54,803 nt of DNA from Phoronis australis. Its lineage: Eukaryota; Animalia; Phoronida. Below the pieces are notes generated by a model. It did no database searches. It was not told the DNA's origin and saw only the letters and a program-made list of their open reading frames with translations. Where the stretch lies: NCBI GenBank assembly GCA_002633005.1, contig NMRA01000254.1, positions 373,370 to 428,172 on the forward strand. Direction: 5' to 3'. The position numbers and the translations under genes were made by a program. This document shows positions 12,491-24,539 of the stretch, piece by piece (positions within the stretch are counted from its first letter, which is position 1; each line of letters starts with the position of its first letter).

Positions 12491-14271
12491 ACAGACCAAG
12501 AACCCCGTCAGTGAGCTACACGGTTTCATTTGAAGCAGCCAGTGTGCAAGACATCTCATAGCGAAGTTATTTCAAACACATTGTGTACATTTCCTGACTG
12601 GTCTCAAATAATCACACGAATCCCAATAAAATAACACATTTCACGATTCTACCTGCTCTACTGCACCAAGACCACGATCCACTTGTCAACATTGTGTCAC
12701 AGAAATGAACTAGTACTTTATAGTTGAAGAGTTTATATTCTTCAATATTTCATGAAACAATCTTCAGACCCTGCGTAAAATTCAACAATATCATCAATGA
12801 GAGTACCCACTGAAACAATTGCAAATGTCTACCATGTACCTAAATAAGTGTAAACGTCTTTCATGAAAAACGGAAAATCTGTGTTCATTATGTATTTTAT
12901 TATGTATCAATAAACACTAAAACAAGATGAAATGTCGTAAAGTTTATCAAAATGTCATAAAACCAACAGGAAAACAATTACTTATTAATGAGTAAGTTCA
13001 ATGGTCCTACAACATGCACATCCATTAGCATGGAAGTATATATGAGAACACAAGTTCATTGTTTCTTTATGTCCAAGCCTCACTTACTGAACTTGCGGAT
13101 TTTTGATTGTATAATTTGGCTTGTTTTTGCCCAGAGACAAGTAACCCAAAAAGTTAACAACCTGTATAATGCATTGGTGCTATACTCACTCACCGTAACA
13201 TACTTGAGCAGCCTACTTTCAAAATGTAAGTTCAATTATGATCACACATCAAAAGAAATTTTCAATCACACCTAGAGACGTGCAAGCCTACGACAATAAG
13301 AAACATAAAACATGAAAGTTGTATCACAACAACTATAAACTAGAAATCCTAACTACAAAACATCTATAAACATGAAAATCAAGTCAGTGAATAACACTGA
13401 TTTTTCATTAAACATCAGTTCTTACACCAGCACTTTGAATTTACTGCATATAAGTTCCACATTAGAAGTATTTTAACGCTGAGACAAAAATTTTACCAAT
13501 TTCTAAGTCTTGATTGAGACAATAATTTGACATTAACATTTTTAATACGGCATTTTATATTGACAGTTTTGATCATAACTTAAAAAGTACCAAAAACACA
13601 ATAACGCAGGTCATTGACATGCATCCACATCTTCACCGTAAACAGAGTGTTTTCTAGGGATGTTGGAGCAGTTCAAAATATATTGAATGCCACTTGGGGG
13701 CACCAAAGTTATCAGACTCCTTCAAATAAGAATATCGGCTACTGTCGTATGATCCATTCAAAAAACTATGTCAACAAAGGTTTTCTTCGCATAGACACGT
13801 CAAAATTCATAGAGACTGTTGGAACTGTTTGGAAGACAGAGACAGATGGAAAAAATCAGATGCAAAAATTAACCATAGTCAGTTACCATCTTGATTGGAA
13901 AAAGATAACAACTTTCATGAAGATCCTGCAAGTTAATGAGTGCACAAGGCAGCTTCCCCAACAAAAATGGCCACAAGGGGATGGAAAAGTAGTTAGTTAT
14001 GTATGACAATTCAAGCCAGTTGTTGTCTTCCCAGTAGGAACACATTCTTACTTCCAGTTTCTTTTGATCGGTATTGTCAACACAGAATATTCCAAGCTCT
14101 CATTGGTCTACTACATGTATGTGCCTCAGTGCATGGCAAAAATTCTGGTTCTTGTTCTTCTTCTGTGTCTTGGCAACTCCATGATTTTCTTCAGTGGTAA
14201 CTCGTCAGCTATGTCTGCTGGACCTGAAAATGGACAATGATGAAAGCATATTTTAAGGAAACAAACCATTT

Positions 14272-14588
14272 GCCCAGTCTCTACTCTACTTTTGAGCAAA
14301 CTTAAGATAAGTGTCTACTATTCTATACTTGTATACATAATGACTTATTATGCAGATAATTTATTAGTCCTAGTTTGCAGTTGATAAACCAAACATAAAG
14401 GCTAAAAGTTCGAGTTTGAACTCGAAATTTAGAGTTTTTACTCGAGTTTGTAGCACAAATACAAGGGTCTTCAAGAGCAAACTTGGACTAGAAACTGCAT
14501 CAACTATAATGTAATCGAGCACAGTCTGATAACCTCTTATCTTGAGTTTGCTCAAAAGGAGCAGAGAAATTGCCATTAGAGACCGGGG
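14272..14588. mobile_element. Harbinger-type MITE, largely the reverse complement of 53174-53590
   Basis: Ends gcccagtctcta ... tagagaccggg. The internal ctagtttgcagttga / gagtttgaactcgaaattt / ttttactcgagtttgtagcac match 53341-53460 inverted. Confidence 0.75.
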
Positions 14589-16959
14589 AACATAGTAATT
14601 TACATGTCATGTCAGCATACAGTGTACAGTGTAGGTCACAGTAATACAACATAGAAAAAAATATTCTGTAAAATGAATACAAACAACAGCAACGTGGAGC
14701 ATTGAAATGTGCCCACGATACCACCGCAAATCGTAGGCTTTTAGAGGTGTTTATTAGTACTATAAAATGGCCATTAGACACATTCCAAAGTGGGAAAATG
14801 TCGCAGTCTCACAAATTATCAGAAAACTATACCGAAAGCAATAAAAATGGACACTAGACACAAGGTGGTGCAAAATACATGTAATCCATACGAAAGTGGG
14901 TAAATAACTTCATATCACTTACAGAGCCAATCTACCAAATTTTATGAAAATTCGCTCGGGACCTTTGAAGATACAGAGGTAAATGAAAAAAACTAAAAGT
15001 GCCACTAGGGGGTACGCCGGCAATAGGATCCGTCTAAAACTTCGCTCATGCCTTCCCATCTACGAATGAAAACCTGCAAAATTTCAGGAATATACATCTG
15101 AGGATCTTGTAGAGCAACGTACGCTGGACAAACAGTGATGATGGCATGATGTGCCCACATATAAATACATGTATGTGAGTGCATAAAATGTTTACATTTC
15201 ATCGATTGTAGATTCTTGATGTTTGTTGCCAACTAGAAAACCACTACCACTTGAGCAATCAATGAAGAAACAGGTTTGCCTTATGCTGCAAACACAATGG
15301 CCCATTGAATTCAGAGATTTCTTCGACCTGTCTGGTCATATCTGTTATCTCAGACTACAACTCGCAAAATTGAACATATTCCATTTGCCTGAATGAATCA
15401 TTATCTGGTGAATATTTCATGCAACATGGTGTAGTGTAGTGTAGTGTAGGAGTGATTAAAAATTTAAATTCAGTACATAGATTAAATTGGGTTGTGGCAC
15501 AAAATTTCACCAACAGCAAAGCCATCATGAAAGGCCGTCTGCAGTAAACAACATGGGCAATTCTGTTTGTAACCAATGCAAAATCAGAGAACATCTTGAT
15601 CCATTGTCAAAACGCTTATCCTAGGAAAACACTTTTGTTGGGTCTTAATGGTAGCTTTCAGAGTTTTCTGCCAAAGAAAATTGCCTTTATTGGACCGTGA
15701 CGGACAGAATAACTCAAACTTCAGTATTTAAGCTTATTTGCTCTTTTGGAAGAGATTCAAAACTAAATTAGTGCAATGAAACAGGTGTTTCTTTTTGATC
15801 AAAGTATATCGATTGACCTTTTGCATGAAATTATCACTTCAGGTAAGCCTTGGTATGCTTGGTATGTGCACTAGAATGTAAACTTTTAACATAATTGACC
15901 AATGCAAAAACAACCCGTCATACGATCCTCACTTAAACTAGAATACGTATACATGTAAGAATGAGGGTCATTTTGTATACAATACCTGTTGGCATTTAGA
16001 AAAAATGTTATTCAAGAAAAGTAGGACTAAAAATTTTTAACGAGTAAATGTGCTAGGCTTGCTCAAGCCACTCGCCACTGGCGAATTCTGAGCGGCACTG
16101 GAAATAATTCATTCCCCAACTTGGCGAATGCTTTCGCTTCTTGACAATAAAAATTAATTTCGGGAAACCTACTTGCGTGACAACTCAGTCAGCTCAAATC
16201 AAGTCGCGCTGCAAAGCAAACGACATTCATATTTCGATTCAGAGTCATAAAAATAGCAAGCACATCTTCCATTTTATGTCCGTCACTGCTCCTGAAATCA
16301 CACTTTTACAAGACAAAATGTTCATCTCGGTAGCGGAGGGGAGGGAGATCAGCGCTCTTGGTAATGGCAATTTCTCGCCTGACAGCGAGCTCACAGTTGT
16401 CGTCTGCATGTGACATGAAATATGAATCAAGCTTTAAATTTATTATTTTAAATTACTCGAGTCTTTCCTAATTCATTACAAACTTTACCAAATTTCAGTG
16501 CACACTTTGTCATGTCAAATATTGTTTGAGAATTGACAAGGAGTAAATGGCATAGGCGATGCCGAGAAGAACAAGTTTATCAATTTTAAATCAAAATATG
16601 TCACGTTACACCTAGTCAGCTCCCTAAATATCGCAAGTGTAAAAGAGCTCTCGATTATCTGAAAGGAAAGGTGCCTGTGCCTTCCGAGAGGAGAATTTTA
16701 TGGGGGAATGGGGACGATATTCGGCCCCAAAATCAAGGGATTGACGGACCGGAAAGTTATTGAGAGACTGGTACACATTTGCATTTCGGCGGTGGCCGAA
16801 AGAAAGCAAAGTAAAGTGAATGTCAGCTTGTTGCTTAATGAGTTTTATATTCACTGCTCTGCACGATTTAGCTTTTATTTTGTACTTCACAAGTTATGTT
16901 TACGTTTCTGGACCAAAATGTTTTGCTCTTCAAAATGCCCACGTGGGCAGGCGTACACT

Positions 16960-17175
16960 TTATCCCTGCAGTAACAAAGGGATAGGGGGAAACCTTGAAC
17001 ATTTTTTTAGGTCAACATCATTTAAATGTCCTTGTGGCCGGCCTTCCACTGCTATAACACGGGATAGGGGGGGACTCCTGCCCAATTATTTTTAAGGTCA
17101 ACATCATTTAAATGCCCATGTGGCCGGCGTACACACACACAATAACTCGGGTACAGGGAGAACCTTGCGCAAACT
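16960..17175. repeat. ~85-bp degenerate tandem repeat (2-3 copies)
   Basis: aggtcaacatcatttaaatg..gtggccggc and taaca.ggga taggggg each recur. Confidence 0.7.
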
Positions 17176-17539
17176 TTTTATGTCATAACGAAACCCATGT
17201 TGGCCGACATCCTCTTCAACTTATTAGGTTGCAATACGACCTTGGAATGTTGATCATTTATTTTTTTTCTTAAGGCATCATTTATGAAAAGAGCATGTGC
17301 ATTACAAGAAAAATAAAATTTCGGTCTGTGTAACTGTGTTTTTGTCAATTGCTGGGGTTGGAAAAAGAAAATTAATTGTATGTCTTCATGTACCTGTAAA
17401 GCTAGAGACATGGCCTCAGTTGTTGCAAGGCTTCGCACCACGGTCTTTCAGGAAAAAATGGCCAAAAAATATCTGACGCAAAATTAATGACACTTTTTTG
17501 AGTAAATCAAATTAGCTGCCAACTCCAAAGAACTGCCGT

Positions 17540-18643
17540 TTTTTTAAAGTGATATATTTTTGTTGAAGAATACACAGAACATATCAAGAAATGATGACAA
17601 ACCCATCAATTGCGAAACATTATATCTGCGTTGTAAACAATTCATAAATGAAACTAATATACATAGAGGTATATATATTTAAGTAGTATTTAATATAAGT
17701 ATTCCAATACTTAGATATGCTATTACGAATATATAAAAACAAAAGTATGTACAGATTCATGTATGGAAATCAGGAGCAACAACATTGATAAAAGGTACAT
17801 AAAAATTGGCTGACGTTGCTTAGGAGGAATTCATTGAGAAGTACATGTAGGTCAAGGTTAGGACTACCATTCAATAATAATGTAATTCTAGTTGGGAAAT
17901 TATTACAAGATTTGAGATCGTTAACAATTGATTGGTTTTCATTGGGTGCACGAAAGAGCGAGTCTCTCAGGTATTCGATGAGGGGACATTTGAAGAAAAT
18001 ATGAGGATAACATTGATGGTCATCACATTTACAGTTTGGAGAGACATTACTAAAGTTATGCCTAAACTTGTCAAGGTTGAAGAAAAGACCATATATTGAT
18101 CTGCACAATGTTATTTCGTTATCGCGGAGAAGGGAGAATTGAGCCAAGGGTGTTGAGTTATAAAAATTATGAAAAACAGTTCTAAAATTATTTTTTATAC
18201 CCGTAAAAGAGTTGCTTTTCTTATCAGACACTGGAAGAGAATTCCAGTTGTTGATGCACATTCTGAATGCCTGACTGAACGACGGAGGAATTGCATATGG
18301 TATGGAGGATCTCCAATCGCTACGATGGCCTTGTCTCTAGTAGTGTATAGATCAAATATTTTTTGACAGAGGCGTTGTTGACATTGTTTATTAGTTTGAA
18401 AGTAAATGCAGTCATGTGAAGATTGCGTCGAGTAGAAAGTTTAGGCCACTTGAGACTATTCAAAACTTTGGGTCCTCTGTAAGCTCCGGTTATAAGTAAG
18501 GGAGCTTGATATTGTAACTTCTCCAAATGCTGGAGTGCATCCGTGTTGGCATACTGGTATATAATATCACAATAATCGAAGTATAAAGGATTTGATCAAA
18601 ACTTCTAAATGTCAAGAATTCAGATGACGAGAGACAATCTTAA
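17540..18643 (-). mobile_element. Decayed LINE (CR1/L2-like), 3' part of ORF2 and 3' UTR with short A tail
   Basis: The minus strand gives FDYCDIIY..LEKLQYQA..ITGAYR..L..L.W..LSTRR.LH..FKLIN, then NNWNSLP and a C-terminal NCKC.....HIFFKCP zinc motif. Stops and frameshifts are present; an A-run lies at ~17540. Confidence 0.85.
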
Positions 18644-20371
18644 ATGAGAATGCCACCCCAAAAACAACCTATTTTGTGTCAATCTAGCTCGAGTACTAGT
18701 TCTACTCGATAACGGCAGGTTCGGTTGCGTTACCTGACACCTGACGGCAGATGGAGATGTTGAAATTATCCAATGACGTAATTGGTTTCACACGCAGTCT
18801 GTTCAGCAGTTCACAACACCGGTTAGTGGTGTCAGCTTATCGCTTGAATTCATCGATTAACACCAATAAATCACCAAACATCAATGTAAAACCCTTAAAA
18901 ATACACCGAGTTCTTATTAAAACGTGTCGTTTTATTTCGTTGTTACGGATTTACTGGTGATTTGGAGACAACGTAGCCTACCGTAGTTCGGCAGGCCAAT
19001 TTACCAAGGTCCGTAGCAGGAGTTTGGGGTCTGTTCNGGAGATAAATTCGAAGTATTCTTCCGTGAAATACAGACAAAAGAACTTAGATCTGTGTTTTTT
19101 ATACTTGCGATTTTCTGAGTTCTTAATGCGCAAAACGCTTGTTATCCCGGCCAGTGGCTCGGAATCCGATCAGACCGGTCATGGCCGGACTGACGGATCG
19201 CTATCCCGGTCAGTGGCTCGGAACCCGATCAGGCCTGTCACGGCCGCCGGGACTGGCACGAACATAAACCAGCTTGAGTTGGAAACTAAACCTCCAGTCA
19301 CGAACAGACTATATGATAGTGAGCAAAGAAATAATGTGCACGTAATTATTTATGTGAATTGGCCTGAAGAATGAAAATCTACTTACTTGCGGGTGCCGCC
19401 AAAGTCTGGTTCCCCTTCCACAGACGGTCAGGGCAAAGGTTGTAAAGTAACAATGATTTGAATACTGTATTTGTATTTCTAAATAATGATCCCCCTGACA
19501 TGGGACAATAGCATATAACATAGAGTAATTGTTTCACAACAGCAACCACTGAATTAGCATGCGCTCACACGGGCTCGGTGCCCGGTCAGTTACCTTTGTT
19601 ACCCGGCATCAAAAGCTGGTAACGAAGTGGTTTATTCATTGCTGGCTTCTCAAAACATTTGCACTCACGAGCACTCCAAGGCATAACAAATTGTATCTAA
19701 TAAGACAGGCTTTGTGTCACTTTCATATAAGCATTGGTTAGGATCATTTTAGGATTAGAATAATTCATTTTGAAACCGAACACACAATATTACATGGCAA
19801 CTTGCCCGGCGCTAATACCGACTTAGTCAAGAGCTCATCTGACGAAAACTTCACGGGTCGGATCGTTAGGTTTCACAGAGTATCAGTTCGAACCGGAAAA
19901 CACTAATAAAGAAATACTATAGAGGCGCGCCATGAACATGCGCCGGCAACAGAACATATGGATAGTTTTTTGGTAAGCCGGAATTCGTCAGAGAAATCAT
20001 TGTCGACCAAGGCGAAATACCGGCTAGACACGGAGATGTTTCACGGCCTCATTCTTGCTATTAACAGCATACCTTTCATTCTTCACTACCGCGAGCCACT
20101 TCCTAAGCATTTCGGGCTCTCGAGAAAGTCGAAAAAACAATATACCCGCTTTCTTCGCAGCTTCATAGTTCGGACAAGCGGGAATCAATACACCGCAATA
20201 TAGCGGCATTCACTCTGCAGACGAACCACTGACGTCGCTGCGTCGCTTCTCACTTCCTCACAGGTTAACGCGACACCTCTAGGCAAGGTGAGGTCGACCG
20301 TATAAGAGGCGATGTGGATATAGGCCGATTAAAACGATAAAAAGACTAATTAAAGCAGGTGGCATACTCCT
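18644..20371. mobile_element. Kolobok-like DNA transposon (non-autonomous) with TTAA target duplication, inserted in the LINE
   Basis: TTAA(18640-43)-ATGAGAATGCCACC ... GGTGGCATACTCCT-TTAA(20372-75): a 14-bp TIR with 2 mismatches. It contains a THAP remnant and a ~59-bp dimer repeat at 19143-19258. Confidence 0.8.
20005..20209 (-). pseudogene. THAP domain remnant inside the Kolobok-like element
   Basis: MPLYCGVLIPACPNY...GILFFRL..EPEMLRKWL..VK...HLRV, then a frameshifted SRYF in place of the THAP VCSxHF motif. Confidence 0.75.
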
Positions 20372-21480
20372 TTAAGTGGGTTAATTAGTTCCTGACTTTT
20401 TGTACGAGCTCCCAAACGTGAGGTGTGGATAAGAGTTTTTCATCTAACAGTATACCAAGATGTCAGTGCGACTGTTTTCTAGGAATGATTTCATCATTAA
20501 GTTTAAGGTCATAAGACGGGTCAAGAAAGAAGAGAGCATTAATAGGTTTGGAGAAGGTGAGGTCAACGCTTTTTCTGGTTTAAAATTCATTCTCCATTCT
20601 TGTGACCAATAGCTGAGTTTATTGAAGCTGCAGAGAACTTTCAGGGCTGCTCCCTGCGAAGGGGTAAAAAGCGCCGTGTCACTGCATAAAGGTACTGTAT
20701 GTGATACATGACAGGTTATCAGAAGAGAAGAGGGCCCAATACGCTACCCTGCGGTACACCTGCGTTTACAAATCCACGAGGGGATAAAGCTGAAAGTACG
20801 CCGTCGATAGAAACACTGTATGTTCTATCTTAGTATGAGGTGATCATGTTTAAAAGAATACCAGTAATGCCTTAGGATCGAATTTTGTGAAGTAGAAGGT
20901 CATGAGGGACACAGTCGAAAGCAGAAGCTATATCTAGAAAAATGGACCTGACACTCTCGCCCTTCTCAAAATGTAAATGAATCTCAAGTATTATTTCAAC
21001 AAGTTGTGCCACGGTGCTGTTCCCACGCAAAAACAAAATTGACGATGATAGATCAAGTTGTTTTGTTTGAGAAATGAAAGTATACTTTGAGCAATAATCT
21101 TCTCCAAGATTTTTGAATAGGGTGTTAAGTAATGTTATTGGGCGATAATTTGAAATTTCAGTTTTGGAGTCTTTTTTGTGTATAGGGACCATAATTCCAT
21201 GTTTCCAAGAAGACGGATATATACCTAGCTGAAGAAGTTTGTTAAACAGATTGGTCAAGGGCGTGGTAATTTTGTTGGCAATGATTTTGATCATTTTGCT
21301 GGTGATTAAAGCTGTGTCATCATTCTTATTGTGGCCAATTTCATTGAGATATTTCCGGACATCAGTTTGATTAGCCGGGATATCAGACAGTTGATTGAGA
21401 CATCGTTCACGAAGAAAGGGAAAGTTCCCTACTTTAGTAGGTGTAATGTGGCTTTTGTTCGTGGAAAACAAATAAAGGTT
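20372..21480 (-). mobile_element. Decayed LINE reverse-transcriptase region (same element as 17540-18643)
   Basis: YPSSWKHGIMVPIHKKD, SNYRPITLLN, FLDIASAFDCVPH, AGVPQGSVLGPLLF (~20725-20765), a frameshifted LYA(D)DT and HLGILLD. Confidence 0.9.
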
Positions 21481-21519
21481 CATTCACTTCTTGTCAAGTT
21501 TGCTATGACATGCTGGTTG

Positions 21520-21790
21520 CACAGTGGTAAAGCTCAAGCTGAAGCAGATGCATTAATTGTCGAAACATCAGTAAAGAACGCAGACGATGCAGACTTGTTG
21601 GTTCTTTTGTGTTAACATGCTACTTCACAACAATTTCTATTGTTTATAAAATCTGACAAGAGGCACCAAAGCTAGAGGAGAGTAAGGAACATAGAAAAAC
21701 TGCAGCTGTTTCATGGTGCCGAAACGTGCGCGCTTTTGCCATGCAATAGGTTGCTGCGATACAACATCACGGCTGTTTAGTATTGGCTGA
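21520..21790 (+). mobile_element. Academ-like transposon fragment (XPG/PIN-like region)
   Basis: AEADALIVET...DDADLLVLLC, and in a shifted frame HAIGCCDTTSRLFSIG, resembling the EAD...DTD.LVL...HA..GCDTTS.F.G.GK motif of Academ proteins. It is followed by a second copy of LINE sequence (21785-21872 matches 21228-21314). Confidence 0.6.
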
Positions 21791-22633
21791 AACAGTTTGT
21801 TAAGCAGATTGGTCAAGGGCATTGTAATTTCGTTGGCAATCATTTTGATCATCTTGCTGGTGATTAAAGCTGCCATTCTACAGTAATTCTGCTGCTAAAG
21901 TCGTGGAGCAATCTTACATGTATGCGTCTTTTTTCATGGACATGAAATGCAGCGTCACCTATTGGCCAATTTCCTTTTTGTCCAATCAGCTCTTCCACAC
22001 GGTCGCGCACATAACATGTTATAACAAATTGTCATTTCGTTATAAACCGTTATCGTTTTAATACCAGCGAATCAAATTTCTGAGCAAATTTTGCTACAGT
22101 GAAGTTGTGGTCATCTCCCGAAATGTGTTGCAAAGTCAGCCGGCAAATCGCGCTTGTGCGTGTCACGAGCGTACTGTTTTCAAGTGGACAACAGACTCTT
22201 ATTTGTTACAAAGTCAGGGAAATTATTCAAGAAAATGACGAACGAAATGGTGACATTGTCTCTTGTATCACCTGTAACGTAATTTGAACATTAACCTTCT
22301 CTGCCGTTAGCTATCTTTGATTCCAGTTTCAACATTTCAGAACTCCTATTAGAGTCTTATTGATGCGAGGAATGAGCCCTATGAACTATTTCCTTAAAAA
22401 TGTTCGAAATAATTAAAAATTCAAGACAATTGATAATGAAGTTCAAAAAACATTTAATTCAAAAACATTTAGAATTTCAAACCAGGCACAACGAATTCGA
22501 GGCCTCGCAAAGCACTAACAATTGCAGTCGTTTGCAGTGATGTTTTCGTCAAGGTTACGAAGAGTTGAGCAATTAACTGTCTGTGCATGTAACTCGTAAG
22601 ATTCAGCAGCGCATAGTAATTTCAGTTGTTTGG

Positions 22634-23125
22634 CTACGTTTGGCATGGCCGCGGAACGATTAACACAGGACTTTCAAGATGGCGCAGAACGTAGTCGCTG
22701 ACACTTCCTAAAAAGGTCCGCCGTAATGTGTTCAGTCCGCGCGATCCGACTACGACTAGTGCTGTTCCGTTGTTTTTAGCACACTGACAAATGGCATTGC
22801 CAACCTCTGAAGACGACGGCGTTACACTTCTGGTGGTAAGGTACGTCCACGAGGGTTCCGGAATTTCGGCATTCTTCAATATTTTACGATACTTCTTTTC
22901 GACAGCGGCAAGATATTGGCTGTGGTCTTGAATGGCCTTCTCGAACTCTTTCACTGGCATGTATTTATGACTTCCACAGAAACCAGCTGGAGGAAAAGGG
23001 TTTTCAACCACGTGTAGCAACGTAATGTGGTCTTGATTTCCACGAATATTTTTAAGATAGAAAGCAAGAGCAAAATCGGAACTCTCACTGTTATCCACGG
23101 CGACGAGGATTTTTCTAGTCGCCAT
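22634..23125 (-). CDS. Universal stress protein (UspA-like), intronless, 163 aa
   Basis: KILVAVDNSESSDFAL, HITLLHV, and the ATP-binding motif G-x2-G-x9-GS (VVVGSRGLNTLRRTFLGSVSDYVLRH), ending in PVLIVP. Confidence 0.95.
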   Translation of the reverse strand: MATRKILVAVDNSESSDFALAFYLKNIRGNQDHITLLHVVENPFPPAGFCGSHKYMPVKEFEKAIQDHSQYLAAVEKKYRKILKNAEIPEPSWTYLTTRSVTPSSSEVGNAICQCAKNNGTALVVVGSRGLNTLRRTFLGSVSDYVLRHLESPVLIVPRPCQT

Positions 23126-24059
23126 GTTGGTTTTTATCCTATTTTACATGTAAATAGTAAGCTATTCGAGTAGATACTTGTCCAATCGTTAAACGATAGG
23201 ACAGGCGTTCTCATATTCTTGTTAAGCTAACCGCATCTTCTTTGAAAACCCAGGTATAATGAAGGCGTGGCATGTGAAACATCCATCGTGAAGTCATGAT
23301 GACCACGTGGCGCATGTTGTTTTGTTTAAAGCAATGAACATTATTCACTTTCTGAATTGTTTGCTCATTTTTCAAGGGACTGTGCCACTGGATTTTTTTG
23401 AACTTTGAACTAAAATGAAGCGGGAAGAAAGTCCTTAAAAACGCAATTATTATACTCGCTTGTGCCAAACAGCGACAGTGCGGTTAACAGGATTAAGCCT
23501 TTTTCCAGCTCATTGACAAGTAACACAGTGGACATTTCTAATACAATTCCCAAAGTATTCCTTGTGGCGAAGCTCATCTTTGACCAGTTGTAAGAGCTAG
23601 GCCACAATAGTCATTTAAAGCCCTGGGCAGCGCACCACTGAAAAAAAGTGGGGGCAATAGCCCCCCCCCCAGCCCCCTATGGTGCGCCACCCATGAAAGC
23701 GCTGCAGTTCACCCTATTTAACAGCCTCAACAGACGAAAATCGCTGTTTACTCTTATCAAGTCGATTTCCTAATGTTTCATACTGTGATAAATTCAAATG
23801 TCCGTTACCAAGCCAAGGGCAATGAATATAATGTGTGTGGCGTTTTCAAATTCGCAATTTTAAGTCTGATCGACCAACACCAATGAACTCAGAAGTGTTC
23901 ATTTGGGTCCCTAATGGTTTCGTTGTTGTGTTTAACTGATATAAAATTCTGTTATGGTGAGAAATATAATGAAGCCGTCTTCATGAGAGTAAGAAGACGT
24001 TATTCAGGGCAAAATGCAGTTTTAAGCAAGCCTTTTTACGATGGGAAAACTCGTAAAAC

Positions 24060-24539
24060 TCATTTTGGAACAATCAAGAGGGGGCGCCCAAGATGGTGCA
24101 GCACGTAATCACAGACACTTCCGAGAATTGTGCGTCGCAAGGTGTTCTGCCCGCGACAGCCCAGTACCACTGTGTCAGTCTTGTTCTTTTTGGCGTGCTC
24201 GCATATCAGGTGGCCTATTTCAGACGCCGAGGCACACGTGTTACTGCAAGTGATATACTTGTAAGCCTTAGAGGGAATGTTCGCTTCTCGGAGCATGTTT
24301 GTATACTTCTCTTCCATCTGTGCGTTTGCCTTGTTGTGGGCTGTCATGATGTTCTCCCATTCTTTAGTTGGGATGTTCAGTGGAGATCCCAAGGCTAACG
24401 AGGGAAGATGTGGGTACTCAATGACGTGGATGACGGTCACGTGATGCCCCTCTCTGTACAAGTTCTTCATGTAAAACTGCAGTGCATTGTCAGCACTCTC
24501 GCTGTTATCAACGCCCACTAGAAATGAGCTAGCCGACAT
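24060..24539 (-). CDS. Universal stress protein (UspA-like), intronless, 159 aa; tandem paralog
   Basis: FLVGVDNSESADNAL, HVTVIHV, VVLGCRGQNTLRRTILGSVCDYVLHH, PLLIVP. Confidence 0.95.
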   Translation of the reverse strand: MSASSFLVGVDNSESADNALQFYMKNLYREGHHVTVIHVIEYPHLPSLALGSPLNIPTKEWENIMTAHNKANAQMEEKYTNMLREANIPSKAYKYITCSNTCASASEIGHLICEHAKKNKTDTVVLGCRGQNTLRRTILGSVCDYVLHHLGRPLLIVPK

